From the NCBI GenBank assembly GCA_937934775.1, contig CALGYL010000180.1, positions 1 to 52,526 of the forward strand: a DNA stretch of 52,526 nucleotides, given 5' to 3'. This DNA comes from an uncultured Clostridia bacterium (GTDB lineage Bacteria > Bacillota > Clostridia > Christensenellales > Aristaeellaceae). The translations under genes and the position numbers were made by a program. Positions 1 through 10,368 of this stretch are shown in pieces; the first letter of the stretch is position 1, and every line of letters begins with the position of its first letter. The notes beneath the pieces are model-generated. The model saw nothing but the letters and a program-made list of their open reading frames with translations. It was not told where the DNA came from and ran no database searches.

Positions 1-798
1 ATCCCCGTCGTAGGGCGGTAGGCGATGTAGGCGCTCATGCTCTCCGCCGTCACCAGCCCGGGGCGCTCGCCGATGAGCACACAGACCACCTCGGGTTTCA
101 GCGCATCGCCCAGACAATCCATGCTCCCCACCCGGCCGTACCGCGTGAAAAACGGGGCGCCGACTGAAATGTTATAGCTTTTCAGGCCGCCAAGGATCAC
201 GGGGACGATGTCCCGCGCGTTGGCGGCAATCGCGGTGGAGGAAAGCCCATCTGCTAAGTACAAAAGGACCTGCAGACCCGAAGGCACCGCGGCGAGGATG
301 GCGCTGAGCACATCGGGCGGGAATACGCGGCCCAGATCAGGCCGGGTCAGGAATTCATCCCGGCTTTTACACGCGGTGGTGTAGGCGGTCAGGCCCATCT
401 CGGCCAGGAACGACTCCGGCACGTCGCTGAACACGGCGTCCTGTGCGGCGGCGTGATCGGCCTGAAACCGGAGCATCGTGGCGGTACGGTACCGCGCCCC
501 GGCATGACCCACGCCCACGCGCGCGGGGGTTTTTTCCTTCAGGGCGAGGAAGGCCTCCCCATCCTTAGGCGCGGCGACCAGATACTGCCGCCTCAGGTCG
601 ATGGCGGTAATGTCCGTATCCGGCGCCGTGCTCTCCTCTCGCGCAATCGCGGGCACGGGAGAAGCGGCTGCCCCAAGAGAAGCGGGCGCGGGCCTACTCC
701 CGTCCGTCCGGAGGGCAGCGGTTACCGGCTCCCGGCCCAATTGCTCCAGCACCGCGGAAATCACCTGCTGTATCTGTCGCTCATTCATGATGGTCATC
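1..798 (-). CDS. eutC: ethanolamine ammonia-lyase light subunit; C-terminus lies beyond the window edge
   Basis: The reverse frame is open from ATG at 798 to position 1. My translation MTIMNERQIQQ...TPARVGVGHAGARYRTATMLRFQADHAAAQDAV...LIGERPGL looks like EutC. It starts 20 nt after the eutB stop. It is absent from the ORF track because it is truncated. Confidence 0.85.
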
Positions 799-817
799 GC
801 TCCTTTCCCGGCGCGGC

Positions 818-2182
818 TTACAGGAACACCGAAGCGTCGCCCGCCCGCGGGCCCAGCCGGCCATCCTGCCAGAACCCCCAGCGTTCCATCCAGCGCGCAA
901 AAGCCGGAATCGGCGACAGGTGAAACGTCTCCCGCAGGGCCGCAACGTCGTGGAAACCGGTGGACTGGTAATTGAGCATCACGTCGTCCCCGTGGGGCAC
1001 ACCCATAATGTAATTACACCCCGCCGCGCAAAGGAGCACGGCGAGATTTTCATTGTCGTTCTGGTCGGCCTGCATGTGGTTGGTGTAGCAGCAGTCGCAG
1101 CCCATGGGCAGGCCCGAGAGCTTGCCCATAAAATGATCCTCCAGCCCCGCGCGGATAAACTCCTGATTGTTGTACAGGTATTCCGGCCCGATGAACCCCA
1201 CCACGGTATTGACCAGAAAAGGCGCGTAATGGCGCGCGAAACCGTAGCAGCGCGCCTCCATCACCAACTGGTCGCTGCCGAAATTCGCGTCGCTGGAAAG
1301 CTCGCTGCCCTGGCCGGTTTCAAAATACAGGATGTTGGGGCCGTGGGCGGTGCCCTTTGTCAGGCCCAGCTGGCGCGCCTCTTCTATCAACTGCGCGCTG
1401 ATGCCGAAGGCGCGGTTGCCCTTTTCGCTGCCCGCGATGCTCTGAAAAATCAGGTCGCAGGGTGCTCCCCGGCGAATGGCTTCCATTTGCGTCGTCACGT
1501 GGGCGAGCACGCAGTTTTGCGTGGGGATTTCGTACTTCCGTTTGATTTCCTCAAACCGGTTCAAAATCGCGTACACGCTCTCGGTGCTCGCGTCCACGGG
1601 GTTCAACCCCACCACCGCGTCGCCGATGCCATAGCTCAGGCCCTCCAGCGCGGAGGCCGTAATCCCCTCCACCTGATCGGATGGGTGGTTGGGCTGCAGG
1701 CGCGCGCTGAACGTGCCCGCCTCACCGATGGTGGTCACGCACTTGGCCGTAACACGCATTTTCGCCGCGGAATAGATCAGGTCCAGATTGCCCATCAGCT
1801 TGGTGACCGCCGCGATCACCTCGCTGGACAGGCCCCGGCCGATGCGCGCGAGCTGCTCCCCGTCCGACGACAGGATCGTCTCCCGAAGCTCGCCGATGGT
1901 CTGTGATTTCAGGCTTTCATAGATCGGGCGGTTCAGGTCGTCCAGAATGATGCGGGTGACCTCGTCTTCCTCATAGGGTACGGCGGGGTGCTCGCACACG
2001 TCCGCCACGGTCAGCCCGGAGAGCACCACGCGCGCCGCCACGCGCTCCTGCGGCGTGGCCGCGGCCACGCCGGCCAGCCGGTCGCCGGATTTGGGCACAT
2101 TGGCCTTGCCCATGACTTCCCGGACGGAGCCGAAGGTATAATTTTGGCCAAACAGGCGGGTGGTAAGCTTCAAAGCAAGCAC
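818..2182 (-). CDS. eutB: ethanolamine ammonia-lyase heavy subunit
   Basis: 454-aa ORF of typical EutB length and sequence character (…LEGLSYGIGDAVVGLNPV…, …YFETGQGSELS…). It lies between eutA and eutC. Confidence 0.95.
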   Translation of the reverse strand: MLALKLTTRLFGQNYTFGSVREVMGKANVPKSGDRLAGVAAATPQERVAARVVLSGLTVADVCEHPAVPYEEDEVTRIILDDLNRPIYESLKSQTIGELRETILSSDGEQLARIGRGLSSEVIAAVTKLMGNLDLIYSAAKMRVTAKCVTTIGEAGTFSARLQPNHPSDQVEGITASALEGLSYGIGDAVVGLNPVDASTESVYAILNRFEEIKRKYEIPTQNCVLAHVTTQMEAIRRGAPCDLIFQSIAGSEKGNRAFGISAQLIEEARQLGLTKGTAHGPNILYFETGQGSELSSDANFGSDQLVMEARCYGFARHYAPFLVNTVVGFIGPEYLYNNQEFIRAGLEDHFMGKLSGLPMGCDCCYTNHMQADQNDNENLAVLLCAAGCNYIMGVPHGDDVMLNYQSTGFHDVAALRETFHLSPIPAFARWMERWGFWQDGRLGPRAGDASVFL

Positions 2183-2185
2183 TCC

Positions 2186-3586
2186 TTAATCACCAAATGC
2201 GAGCGTCTTCACCACCACGGGGAGCACGCGCCCCTCCGCGAGCGGTTCGCCGAGATCCACCGTATCCCCATGGGTCAGCGTGATCCCGTCCACGCAGATC
2301 AGGGAGGCGTCCGTCCCCCAGCGGCGCATCAGCGCCTGCCCCAGCGCCTTGGCCATATCCTGCGACATAATCAGGATGCGCGGGGTGAAATCCCCCATGC
2401 CGCGCACGATTTCCCCGGCAATGGCCTCGATCTGCCCGTATGTAGGGCTGCGCAGGCCTTCGAATCCGATGGCGAACGGCGGCTCATACAGGGAATTCTG
2501 CTTCCGGATGCGATCGCCCAGGCCGGCGACATCCTCCGGGGTCTCAAGCCGCACCTTGGCGACCGGCAAGCCCTTGAGGGGAAAGCGCACGTTGGACAGA
2601 GAGATGGTGCTCCCGGTCACGGCCACGCTGTATGCTCCGGCGCCGATCACCGTGGCGTGCAGGGTTTCCAGCGCGCGCGCCACGCGCCCCCGCGAAAAAA
2701 AACGCGAAGCGGCCAGGCACTCGCCAAGCATCCGCCCGATATCGAAAAACAGCAAGTCCTCCGCAATCGTCCGGTACACGCAATCGGCCACGCCGCCGGA
2801 AAAGGTGAAAAAATCCGGAACAACGTGCTCCGGCAGGCCATGGCCCAGGACCAGCGCATGGTACAGCGGCGTTCTCGGCCGCAGGTTCACGGCCTCCTCC
2901 AGCACCTCGGCCATCCGGCGGGCGATGCGGCTGACCAACTCCTGCGGGACGAACGCGCCCGGCGCGAGCGGGACGCCCACATCCCGGGCGACCAGTATAA
3001 GGGAGGCGGTGAAAGAATGCACCGCTCCTGCCTCCGTAAAACGCAAAAGCCGTCCGCCTATGTTCAGGCAGCCGGTTTCCAGCGGTTCTCCCCGGTCAAA
3101 CAGGCACATGTTGGTCGTTCCGCCGCCGATGTCCAGGTTGAGTACGGTTTTCCCCCGCTCCCGGGACAGGGCCGCGGCGCCCGCACCCTTGCCCGCGAGC
3201 ACCCCTTCCAGCTCCGGTCCGGCGGTTGCCACCACGAAATCCCCGGCCAGCCCAGCCAGCGCCTGGGCCACTTCCCGCGCGTTCTTCTTGCGCGCGGTCT
3301 CGCCAGTGATGATCACGGCACCGCACCCGATATCGGCAGGCCGGATTCCGGCGCGTTCATAATCTTCCTCAATCAGGCGGGCGACCGCCGCGCCGTCGAT
3401 GGTATCGGGCGTCAAAAGCGGCGTAAGCCGAATCGGCGCGCGGTAGAGCACGCGCTTGTCTGTCAGTTCCACCCGGGGTACCGCGAACGAGGGGGACAGG
3501 TTCCGCAGCGTCATGCTGCTGAAAACGCACTGCAGCGTGGAGGTGCCGATGTCAATCCCCACGCTGGTCAAACGCTCCTGCCGCAC
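2186..3586 (-). CDS. eutA: ethanolamine ammonia-lyase reactivating factor
   Basis: 466-aa ORF with an N-terminal GIDIGTST and a later LDIGGGTTN, the actin/HSP70-like ATPase motifs typical of EutA. GTG start with GGTGAGGG upstream. Directly upstream of eutB. Confidence 0.9.
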   Translation of the reverse strand: MRQERLTSVGIDIGTSTLQCVFSSMTLRNLSPSFAVPRVELTDKRVLYRAPIRLTPLLTPDTIDGAAVARLIEEDYERAGIRPADIGCGAVIITGETARKKNAREVAQALAGLAGDFVVATAGPELEGVLAGKGAGAAALSRERGKTVLNLDIGGGTTNMCLFDRGEPLETGCLNIGGRLLRFTEAGAVHSFTASLILVARDVGVPLAPGAFVPQELVSRIARRMAEVLEEAVNLRPRTPLYHALVLGHGLPEHVVPDFFTFSGGVADCVYRTIAEDLLFFDIGRMLGECLAASRFFSRGRVARALETLHATVIGAGAYSVAVTGSTISLSNVRFPLKGLPVAKVRLETPEDVAGLGDRIRKQNSLYEPPFAIGFEGLRSPTYGQIEAIAGEIVRGMGDFTPRILIMSQDMAKALGQALMRRWGTDASLICVDGITLTHGDTVDLGEPLAEGRVLPVVVKTLAFGD

Positions 3587-3625
3587 CAGCCCTCACCACA
3601 TTTCCCATTTTTGTTATTGTACACC

Positions 3626-3655
3626 CTTTTTATTTCGGCTGTCAATCGACCGTGC
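3626..3655 (-). promoter_or_regulatory. candidate sigma-A promoter for eutABC
   Basis: On the minus strand: TTGACA, 18 nt, TACAAT, about 40 nt upstream of the eutA start. Confidence 0.35.
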
Positions 3656-3698
3656 TCCCAATTTGAAATATGCGGTTAACCATTTTTTCGCACACTCC

Positions 3699-3727
3699 TT
3701 GACAAGCACATCATCCGCGGATAATAT
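3699..3727 (+). promoter_or_regulatory. candidate sigma-A promoter for the ABC importer operon
   Basis: TTGACA (3699-3704), 17 nt, TAATAT (3722-3727). The RBS TAAGGAGGGG follows at 3769-3778 and the ATG at 3788. Confidence 0.4.
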
Positions 3728-3787
3728 ACAAATAGGCTATAGTGAATCCACATTTCCCCAGAAATAATAAGGAGGGGTCTACCTACT

Positions 3788-4882
3788 ATGAAGAGACTGG
3801 TAAGCGTCGTCCTGTGCATCATCCTTCTCATGTCCGCAGCCGTTGTCGCATCCGCCGAGGATCTGGCTGCCGCCAACGCCGACAAGGCCACCAAGGCCGC
3901 CACCATGTCATACGATGATCTGCTGGCCGCCGCCAAGGAAGAGGGTCAGGTCTTCAGCGTCGGTATGCCTCCCGAATGGGCCAACTGGAAAGACCTGTGG
4001 GCCAATTTGGAATCTCTGGGCATCAAGACCACCGACACCGACATGTCCTCCGCCGAGGAGCTTGCGCGCTTCGCCCTGCAGGACAAGGCGGATGCGGACA
4101 TCGGCGATATCGGCATCGCCATGACCAGCGTGGCCATGGATCAGGACCTGCTGCTGCCCTTCAAGACCTCGAAATGGGATTCCATCCCTGACTGGGCCAA
4201 GGATGCGGACGGCAAGTGGATCGAAGCCTACACCTGCACCACCGCCTTCATCACCGATCTTGAGAACGTGGACAAAGCCCCCACGTCTTGGAAAGAACTG
4301 CTGGAGGGCAACTACAAGGTCTGCATCGGCGACGTGGAGAAGGCCTCCCAGGCCTACAACGGCGTGCTTTCCTGCGCGCTGGCCCTCGGCGGCGACGAAA
4401 CCAACCTCCAGCCCGCGCTGGACGCGTTCGCCAAGCTGGCCAAGGACGGCCGTCTGAACACCTCCAACCCCTACGTGGCCAACCTGGAGAACGGCGAAAT
4501 CGAAGTTGCCATCCTGTGGGACTTCAACGCCCTGGGCTACCGCGACCAGATCCAGAAGGATCGCTTCGCCGTGACCATTCCCTCCGACGGCGCCGTGACC
4601 TCCGGCTACGCCAGCGTCATCAACAAGTACGCCAAGAACCCCTACGCCGCGATGCTCGCCCGTGAGATCATGCTCAGCGACGCCGGCCAGAACTTCCTGG
4701 CGCTGGGTTATGTGCACCCCATCCGCACGGACGCCGTGCTCACCGATGATGCCAAGGCCAAACTGCTGGACAACGCCCAGTACGCCAACGCCTATCAGAT
4801 CAAGGACCAGAATGCCTGGAAGGCCACGCTGGAAGAACTGCCCACCGTCTGGCAGGAGCAGGTCAGCGTAAACATGAACTAA
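3788..4882 (+). CDS. ABC transporter substrate-binding protein (family-1 SBP, PotD/PotF-like)
   Basis: 364-aa ORF with an N-terminal signal peptide (MKRLVSVVLCIILLMSAAVVASA). It is the first gene of an SBP-permease-permease-ATPase set and has a strong RBS. Confidence 0.85.
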   Translation: MKRLVSVVLCIILLMSAAVVASAEDLAAANADKATKAATMSYDDLLAAAKEEGQVFSVGMPPEWANWKDLWANLESLGIKTTDTDMSSAEELARFALQDKADADIGDIGIAMTSVAMDQDLLLPFKTSKWDSIPDWAKDADGKWIEAYTCTTAFITDLENVDKAPTSWKELLEGNYKVCIGDVEKASQAYNGVLSCALALGGDETNLQPALDAFAKLAKDGRLNTSNPYVANLENGEIEVAILWDFNALGYRDQIQKDRFAVTIPSDGAVTSGYASVINKYAKNPYAAMLAREIMLSDAGQNFLALGYVHPIRTDAVLTDDAKAKLLDNAQYANAYQIKDQNAWKATLEELPTVWQEQVSVNMN

Positions 4883-4903
4883 AGCGCAAAAGAATGCGGG
4901 AGC

Positions 4904-4927
4904 GGGCCATGCCTTTGGGCATGGCCC
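4904..4927 (+). terminator. perfect 10-bp hairpin between the SBP and permease genes (attenuator or mRNA stabiliser)
   Basis: GGGCCATGCC-TTTG-GGCATGGCCC followed by the pyrimidine-rich CTCCTCCTTCTTT. The position after the SBP gene is typical of differential expression within ABC operons. Confidence 0.5.
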
Positions 4928-4963
4928 CTCCTCCTTCTTTAGCATAGCTGGGAGGTTCTCCGT

Positions 4964-5827
4964 ATGGGAAGAAAACGGAGGCTGAATGGGTTCTACCTGA
5001 CCACGATGGGTGTTTTTTTGTTGCTGGTAGCGGCGTTCATGGCGATCCCGATGGTTTCGCTGATTACCACCTCGTTTTCCGCGCCCAAGGTGGGCGGCTT
5101 TACGCTGGACAACTTCATCAAGGTATTTACCAGCAAGCTATATCAGGTCAGCTTCTTCAACAGCATGGCGCTGTCCCTCCAATCCAGTCTGTACGGCATT
5201 TTGATCGCGCTGGTCTGTTCCTACGCGATCACGCGTTTTGCCAGTGAAAAAGTGCAGAACAACATGCTTGTGGTCATCAATATGACGTCCAACTTCGCGG
5301 GCATGCCGCTCGCTTTCGCGCTGACACTGATGTTGGGCAACACGGGTATGTTCATTATATTGCTCAGCCAGATGGGCATTGACCTGGGCAAATCCTTCAG
5401 CATATACTCGGTACAAGGCCTGGTCATCGCCTACACCTACTTTCAGGTGCCGCTGGGGATCATGCTTTTGTACCCCATCTATCGCGGCGTTCGGGAGGAC
5501 TGGAAGGAAGCCGCCTCCATTTTGGGCGCGTCGACTCCGCAGTTTTGGCTGCGCATCGGCATTCCGACGATCCTGCCCAGCGTTCTTTCAACGTTCACGC
5601 TGCTGTTTGCTAACGCCATGGGCGCGTATGCGACGGCGTATTATCTGGTCAGCTCCAGTTACAATCTGGTGACCATCCGCATCTCCGCGCTGATGAGCGG
5701 TGATATCCGCACGAAGCCGGAGTTGGGCAGCGCGCTTGCGGTTACGCTGGCGCTTGTTCTGATCGTCATCATGCTGATCAACGACTGGGCCAGTCGGCTC
5801 GCAGCGCGAAGGGGGATGAAATCATGA
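4964..5827 (+). CDS. ABC transporter permease (PotB-like)
   Basis: 287-aa multi-TM ORF with character like ABC binding-protein-dependent transport inner-membrane components. Its end overlaps the start of the next permease gene (5824-5827). Confidence 0.85.
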   Translation: MGRKRRLNGFYLTTMGVFLLLVAAFMAIPMVSLITTSFSAPKVGGFTLDNFIKVFTSKLYQVSFFNSMALSLQSSLYGILIALVCSYAITRFASEKVQNNMLVVINMTSNFAGMPLAFALTLMLGNTGMFIILLSQMGIDLGKSFSIYSVQGLVIAYTYFQVPLGIMLLYPIYRGVREDWKEAASILGASTPQFWLRIGIPTILPSVLSTFTLLFANAMGAYATAYYLVSSSYNLVTIRISALMSGDIRTKPELGSALAVTLALVLIVIMLINDWASRLAARRGMKS

Positions 5828-6624
5828 ACAAAACGCCGCGCTTTTCCAAGCTGATCGTGGTGGTCATGATCGTCTACCTGTTTTTGCCCTTCGTCATTAC
5901 GGGGCTGTACTCGCTGGCGGAGAAATGGAGCAACACCATTCTGCCGGAGAGCTACACGTTCAAGTATTACATTGAAATGTTCCTTTCCGACCGTTTCTGG
6001 TCCGCCATCCTGCGCAGCGTGGGCATCAGCATCACGGGTGTGGGCGTCGCCGTACTGGTGATGACGCCGCTGGTGTACGCGGTATTCGCGTTCACCCCCA
6101 AGCTGGAAGGTCTTATGAAAACGCTGATGCTGCTGCCCTACGCCATCCCGGGCGTCATCAGCGCCTCGGCGCTGCTCAACGCCTATGGCGGCACGTCCAT
6201 CCCCCTTGTGACGGTGCTGGCGGGCGCATACTTCGTATTCATCATGCCGCTGATGTATTCCGGCATCAGCAACGCCATGCGCGCCATCGACATCGTCTCC
6301 GTATCCGAGGCGGCGCGCGTTCTGGGCGCGTCCACGCTTCAAACCTTCCTGCGCATCATCGTACCGGGCATCGCGCCGGGCATACTGGTCAGCACGCTTC
6401 TCAGCTTTTCCACGCTGTTCGGCGAGTTCGTGGTGGCCAACATGCTCATCGGCGGCAGCTTTGAAACCATCCAGATCTATCTCTACCTCGTAATGAAGCA
6501 GACCGGTCACCTCTCCAGCGCCGTCGTGGTCATCTATGTGCTCATCATGACGCTGATCTGCGGCGCGCTGATTAAGGCATCCGTGGGCAAACAACACGTA
6601 AAACGTGCAGGCAGGAGGGCCTAG
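5824..6624 (+). CDS. ABC transporter permease (PotC-like)
   Basis: 266-aa multi-TM ORF, translationally coupled to the preceding permease. Confidence 0.85.
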   Translation: MNKTPRFSKLIVVVMIVYLFLPFVITGLYSLAEKWSNTILPESYTFKYYIEMFLSDRFWSAILRSVGISITGVGVAVLVMTPLVYAVFAFTPKLEGLMKTLMLLPYAIPGVISASALLNAYGGTSIPLVTVLAGAYFVFIMPLMYSGISNAMRAIDIVSVSEAARVLGASTLQTFLRIIVPGIAPGILVSTLLSFSTLFGEFVVANMLIGGSFETIQIYLYLVMKQTGHLSSAVVVIYVLIMTLICGALIKASVGKQHVKRAGRRA

Positions 6625-6625
6625 A

Positions 6626-7633
6626 ATGAGCCAGTTCATTGAGATCAAGCATGTGGTGAAGCGCTTTGGCGCAAACACCGTGCTGCGTGATATTTCCCTC
6701 GGGGTGGACAAATCGGAGATGGTCACGCTGCTGGGGCCTTCCGGCTGCGGAAAATCAACCCTGCTGCGCGCCATCGCGGGTTTGAACGATGTGGACGAGG
6801 GACAAGTGTTCATCGACGGCCAGGATGTCACCCAGGTGGACGTCCGCAAACGCCACGTCGGCATGGTGTTTCAGAGCTATGCGCTGTTTCCCAACATGAC
6901 CGCCGTGCAGAATATTGCCTTTGGACTGACCATTGACAAGCGCCCCAAAGAAGAAATCGACGCGCGCGTACAGGAAATGATCGAACTCGTGGGCTTGGCC
7001 GGCAAGGAAAATCAACGCCCCACCCAGCTCTCCGGAGGCCAGCAGCAGCGCGTGGCGCTTGCCCGCGCGCTGGTGATGAAGCCGAAGGTTCTCCTGCTGG
7101 ACGAGCCGCTCTCCGCGCTGGATGCCCAGATCCGCCAAAACCTGCGCGTGCAGATACGGGACATTCAGCAGAAGATGCAGATGACCGCGATCTTCGTCAC
7201 CCACGATCAAGAAGAAGCCATGAGCATCTCCGACCGGGTGTTTGTCATGCACGACGGCGTCATCGCTCAGCAGGGCACGCCCGACCAGATTTATGCCAGC
7301 CCCAACAGCGAGTTCGTGGCCCACTTCATCGGGCATTACAACGTACTGAAGCCCGAGGCCGTTGCGAAAGTCTTCGGCATCGGCGCGCCCGCCTGCAAGG
7401 TGGCCGCGGTGCGGCCGGAGGCGATCTCGCTGAACGCCTCGTCCGATTCGCTCTCCTTCAAGGGCAGGATTACCCAGTCTTCCATGCTGGGCAGCATCAT
7501 CCGCTACCAGGTGGACTGCGACGGGCAGGCCATGTCTTTTGAGGTGGTCAACCAGAACGCCAAACCCCTCCGCGTCGGCGACACGGTGCCCTTCTACCTC
7601 AGCAGTAAGGATCTATTGCTGATTCAGAACTGA
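6626..7633 (+). CDS. ABC transporter ATP-binding protein (PotA-like, with C-terminal TOBE-like region)
   Basis: Walker [10 protein letters not shown], signature LSGGQQQR and Walker [10 protein letters not shown] prefer ATG 6626 (AGGAGGG RBS at 6613-6619) over the track start at 6605. Confidence 0.9.
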   Translation: MSQFIEIKHVVKRFGANTVLRDISLGVDKSEMVTLLGPSGCGKSTLLRAIAGLNDVDEGQVFIDGQDVTQVDVRKRHVGMVFQSYALFPNMTAVQNIAFGLTIDKRPKEEIDARVQEMIELVGLAGKENQRPTQLSGGQQQRVALARALVMKPKVLLLDEPLSALDAQIRQNLRVQIRDIQQKMQMTAIFVTHDQEEAMSISDRVFVMHDGVIAQQGTPDQIYASPNSEFVAHFIGHYNVLKPEAVAKVFGIGAPACKVAAVRPEAISLNASSDSLSFKGRITQSSMLGSIIRYQVDCDGQAMSFEVVNQNAKPLRVGDTVPFYLSSKDLLLIQN

Positions 7634-7760
7634 GGGACGGGGCAGACAGAGACCTAACGCGCGGCGTCTGCGCCGGTTAACCGGCCTGCAATTCGCAAAA
7701 CGGCCTTCGCCGGCTTCCCGCCCGCAGACAGAGCATCAGCAGAGTCCGTCCAGCTTTCTT

Positions 7761-7789
7761 CGCTTCCGGCGGTCTGTGCGCCGGAAGCG
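7761..7789. repeat. REP-like GC hairpin, copy 1 of 3
   Basis: CGCTTCCGGCG-GTCTGTG-CGCCGGAAGCG followed by AATTTTT. Nearly identical hairpins with similar flanks occur at 19338-19366 and 24166-24190. Confidence 0.7.
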
Positions 7790-7893
7790 AATTTTTGACC
7801 GTCAGCACGCATCCCGGCAGCGAGAACAGCATCATACATGTTGGGAATCGGCATTGATTATTGTTCCCATATGGTGACATGCGAGGTTTTTCA

Positions 7894-8331
7894 ATGTGCA
7901 ACGATCCGAATACCACCGAACTGTTCCAGCTTCTTGTAGAAGGCTCCAGTTTTGAAAAATCCGTTCGGGGACTGGGCGCCGCCATCTGCGACCCCTCTTT
8001 GACGGAACTGCTTCTGGCGCTGCAGCAGCGCAGCGGGCTGAGCATTTCGGACATCGCGAAGCGCACGCTCCTCAGCAAGTCCTATATTCACCAGTTGTTC
8101 AGCGGCGTCCGCAGCCCAAGCCGGAACGCGGTGCTCTGCGTGGCGCGCGTTTTGAAAGCCGACCTCCGCGAAACGCAGATCCTTTTAAAAGTTGCGCAGA
8201 AAGGCGATCTGTACCCCAGAATCCGGCGCGACGCGGCCATCATCTTCTCCATCGAGCGCGATTTCGACCTGGCGCAGCTATCGCGTCTCCTCAAAGATAT
8301 CGGGGAGACCCCGCTTTTACCTGAAACCTGA
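7894..8331 (+). CDS. XRE-family helix-turn-helix protein
   Basis: The ORF is open from 7861. The HTH-like segment is LSISDIAKRTLLSKSYIHQLFSGVRSPSRNAVLCVARVL. The start is uncertain (7861, 7879 or 7894); 7894 has the best-spaced weak RBS. Confidence 0.7.
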   Translation: MCNDPNTTELFQLLVEGSSFEKSVRGLGAAICDPSLTELLLALQQRSGLSISDIAKRTLLSKSYIHQLFSGVRSPSRNAVLCVARVLKADLRETQILLKVAQKGDLYPRIRRDAAIIFSIERDFDLAQLSRLLKDIGETPLLPET

Positions 8332-8387
8332 TTTCCTCACGCTTGTGGAACGAGCGCGCATCGGGCGCGCGGAAAGGACGGGGCAGC

Positions 8388-10295
8388 ATGGAAGAACTGC
8401 ATGGCCCAGGCGCGGCGGCCATCGCCGGGTGGGAAATCCCGGGGTTTCCGCCGGAGGACTTGAACATGATTTCCTGCCTGAAAGAGCGTGAAAACCGGCA
8501 GGTGTTCCTGCTCCGAAACCGGCAGGACGACGCGCTGTACGTGCTGAAGACAGCGCCCGCGGAAGACATGCCCCGGCTTTTGCAGGAGTACGCGCTGATG
8601 CAAGCCCTGCATGATGTCGCCTTCCCCCACCCCGTCGCCTGCTTTCAGCGCGGCGATCGCGCCTGCCTGTTGCGGGAGTACGTGGCCGGACGGACGCTGG
8701 CCGAACAGGTACAGTCGGAAGGCCCTTTCCCGCCGCGCCGCGCACTGGAAATCGCCAGCCGCGCGTGCGGAATCGTAGGCATTCTTCAATCCCTCACGCC
8801 GCCGGTTGTCCACCGCGACATCAAACCGCAGAATCTCATCCTGGACGAGAAAGGCGGCCTGCACCTGATCGACCTGGACACCGCCCAGGCCTCCAGGCCT
8901 GAGAAAGCCTTCGATACGATGGTGGTGGGCACCGAGCGCACCGCCGCCCCCGAGCAGTTTGGCTTCCGCCGGTGCGACGAGCGCACGGACGTGTATGCCA
9001 TCGGCATCCTGATGGTGTTCCTTCTGACCGGAGGGTATGACGAGGCGGCGCTGGACAGCGTGCGGCTGCCTCCTTCCCTGAAGCGCATCCTCCGGAAGTG
9101 TCTGGCGTTTGATCCCAGCCGCCGCCCCGCCTCGGCCAAACGCCTTGCGGCCATGCTCACCGCCTGGAAGCGGCGCTGGTCTACCCGGATCAAGAGGGCG
9201 GCAGCCATCACCGCGGCGCTTGCGGCCGTACTGATCTTCACCCAGTACGGCAGGCCGCTGGTCCGTTATGCCACGAGCGCCTATACGCGGGCCGTCGAGC
9301 CGGAATACACCTTCGCCTCGCCGCTGATTGAGAAGGCGGTACGGCTGCAGTTGGGGCGGGAAGGCGGTAAAATCACCTGGCGGGATCTTCAAAGCGTATC
9401 CGAGCTGTATCTCTGCGCCGAGACCCCTTACAAAAGCTGGGGGGATCTCGAATCCAACGGCGGCAACAAGCAGATGCTGAGCGGAACACCCCACGATGAG
9501 TACGCCCGGCTGGAAGACCTTTCGGACCTGAAAAACATGCCCAACCTGCAAAAACTCGGGCTGAACAGGCTGGGTCTCAAAGACCTCACGGCGTTCAGCG
9601 GGCTTGCGCTGACACATTTGGGCGTCGGCAGCAATTCCATTTCAGACCTCACCCCGATTCTGGACATGCAGACGCTGAGGGCGCTCGATATTTCAGACAA
9701 CCCCCTTTACGGCCTGAACGGGCTGGAGCGGCTGACCCAGCTTCGCACGCTGAACATCACCGCCCTTCCGGTGCGAAGCCTTGCGCCGCTTGCCCAGCTG
9801 CACCTGGTCGGACTCGATATGTACGATGTGTTCCAGTCGCTCGACTGCTCCGCGCTTGCGCAGATGGAGGGGCTGGAATACTTCAACACCCGCTACCTGT
9901 CCCCGGAAGGATACGCCGCGCTCTGCCATCTGACGACGCCCAAGTATGTGAACCTCCTCTATTCCGGGATCGAGCGCATCGACCCCCTTCTGGGAATGAA
10001 GCAGATTAGTCTCCTGACGCTTCGCGGCAACCCAATCAAGGACCTTAAGCCCATCGCCAGTTTTTTCAGGTTGCGGCAGTTGGACCTTTCAGAGTGCGAA
10101 CTGACCAGCATCGAGCCTCTTCGCGGCAACCGGAGCGTCGAAACGCTGAACATTGCGCACAACCCGCTGACCAGCCTTTCCGCGCTGGCAAGCATGCCCC
10201 GGCTGAAGACGGTCGGCCTGTCCGAAGACCAGCAGCCCCTTCTGGACGCGCTGCCCGGCGAGCTTCCCTTTTCCGTCGTCTACATAGGCTGGTAG
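8388..10295 (+). CDS. membrane Ser/Thr protein kinase with C-terminal leucine-rich-repeat ectodomain (paralog 1)
   Basis: Hanks-type motifs are present: VLK, HRDIKPQN, AAPEQ. One hydrophobic helix (AAAITAALAAVLIFTQY) follows, then about 330 aa of 22-residue LxxLxLxxNxIxDLxPL repeats. Start chosen as MEEL (8388) by alignment with the paralog. Confidence 0.85.
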   Translation: MEELHGPGAAAIAGWEIPGFPPEDLNMISCLKERENRQVFLLRNRQDDALYVLKTAPAEDMPRLLQEYALMQALHDVAFPHPVACFQRGDRACLLREYVAGRTLAEQVQSEGPFPPRRALEIASRACGIVGILQSLTPPVVHRDIKPQNLILDEKGGLHLIDLDTAQASRPEKAFDTMVVGTERTAAPEQFGFRRCDERTDVYAIGILMVFLLTGGYDEAALDSVRLPPSLKRILRKCLAFDPSRRPASAKRLAAMLTAWKRRWSTRIKRAAAITAALAAVLIFTQYGRPLVRYATSAYTRAVEPEYTFASPLIEKAVRLQLGREGGKITWRDLQSVSELYLCAETPYKSWGDLESNGGNKQMLSGTPHDEYARLEDLSDLKNMPNLQKLGLNRLGLKDLTAFSGLALTHLGVGSNSISDLTPILDMQTLRALDISDNPLYGLNGLERLTQLRTLNITALPVRSLAPLAQLHLVGLDMYDVFQSLDCSALAQMEGLEYFNTRYLSPEGYAALCHLTTPKYVNLLYSGIERIDPLLGMKQISLLTLRGNPIKDLKPIASFFRLRQLDLSECELTSIEPLRGNRSVETLNIAHNPLTSLSALASMPRLKTVGLSEDQQPLLDALPGELPFSVVYIGW

Positions 10296-10368
10296 GGCGC
10301 GCCGGGAGGAAGATGCGTGAACGCATCACCGCCCACTCGCGCCCCGCCGTTTCAGTGTTGGAGGGAAA

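Noticed and set aside
3587-3787. A cobalamin riboswitch or ANTAR/EutV-type terminator pairs upstream of eutA.
   Set aside because: The region is short and AT-rich and is accounted for by two divergent promoters. I saw no B12-box-like sequence and no paired 13-nt ANTAR hairpins.
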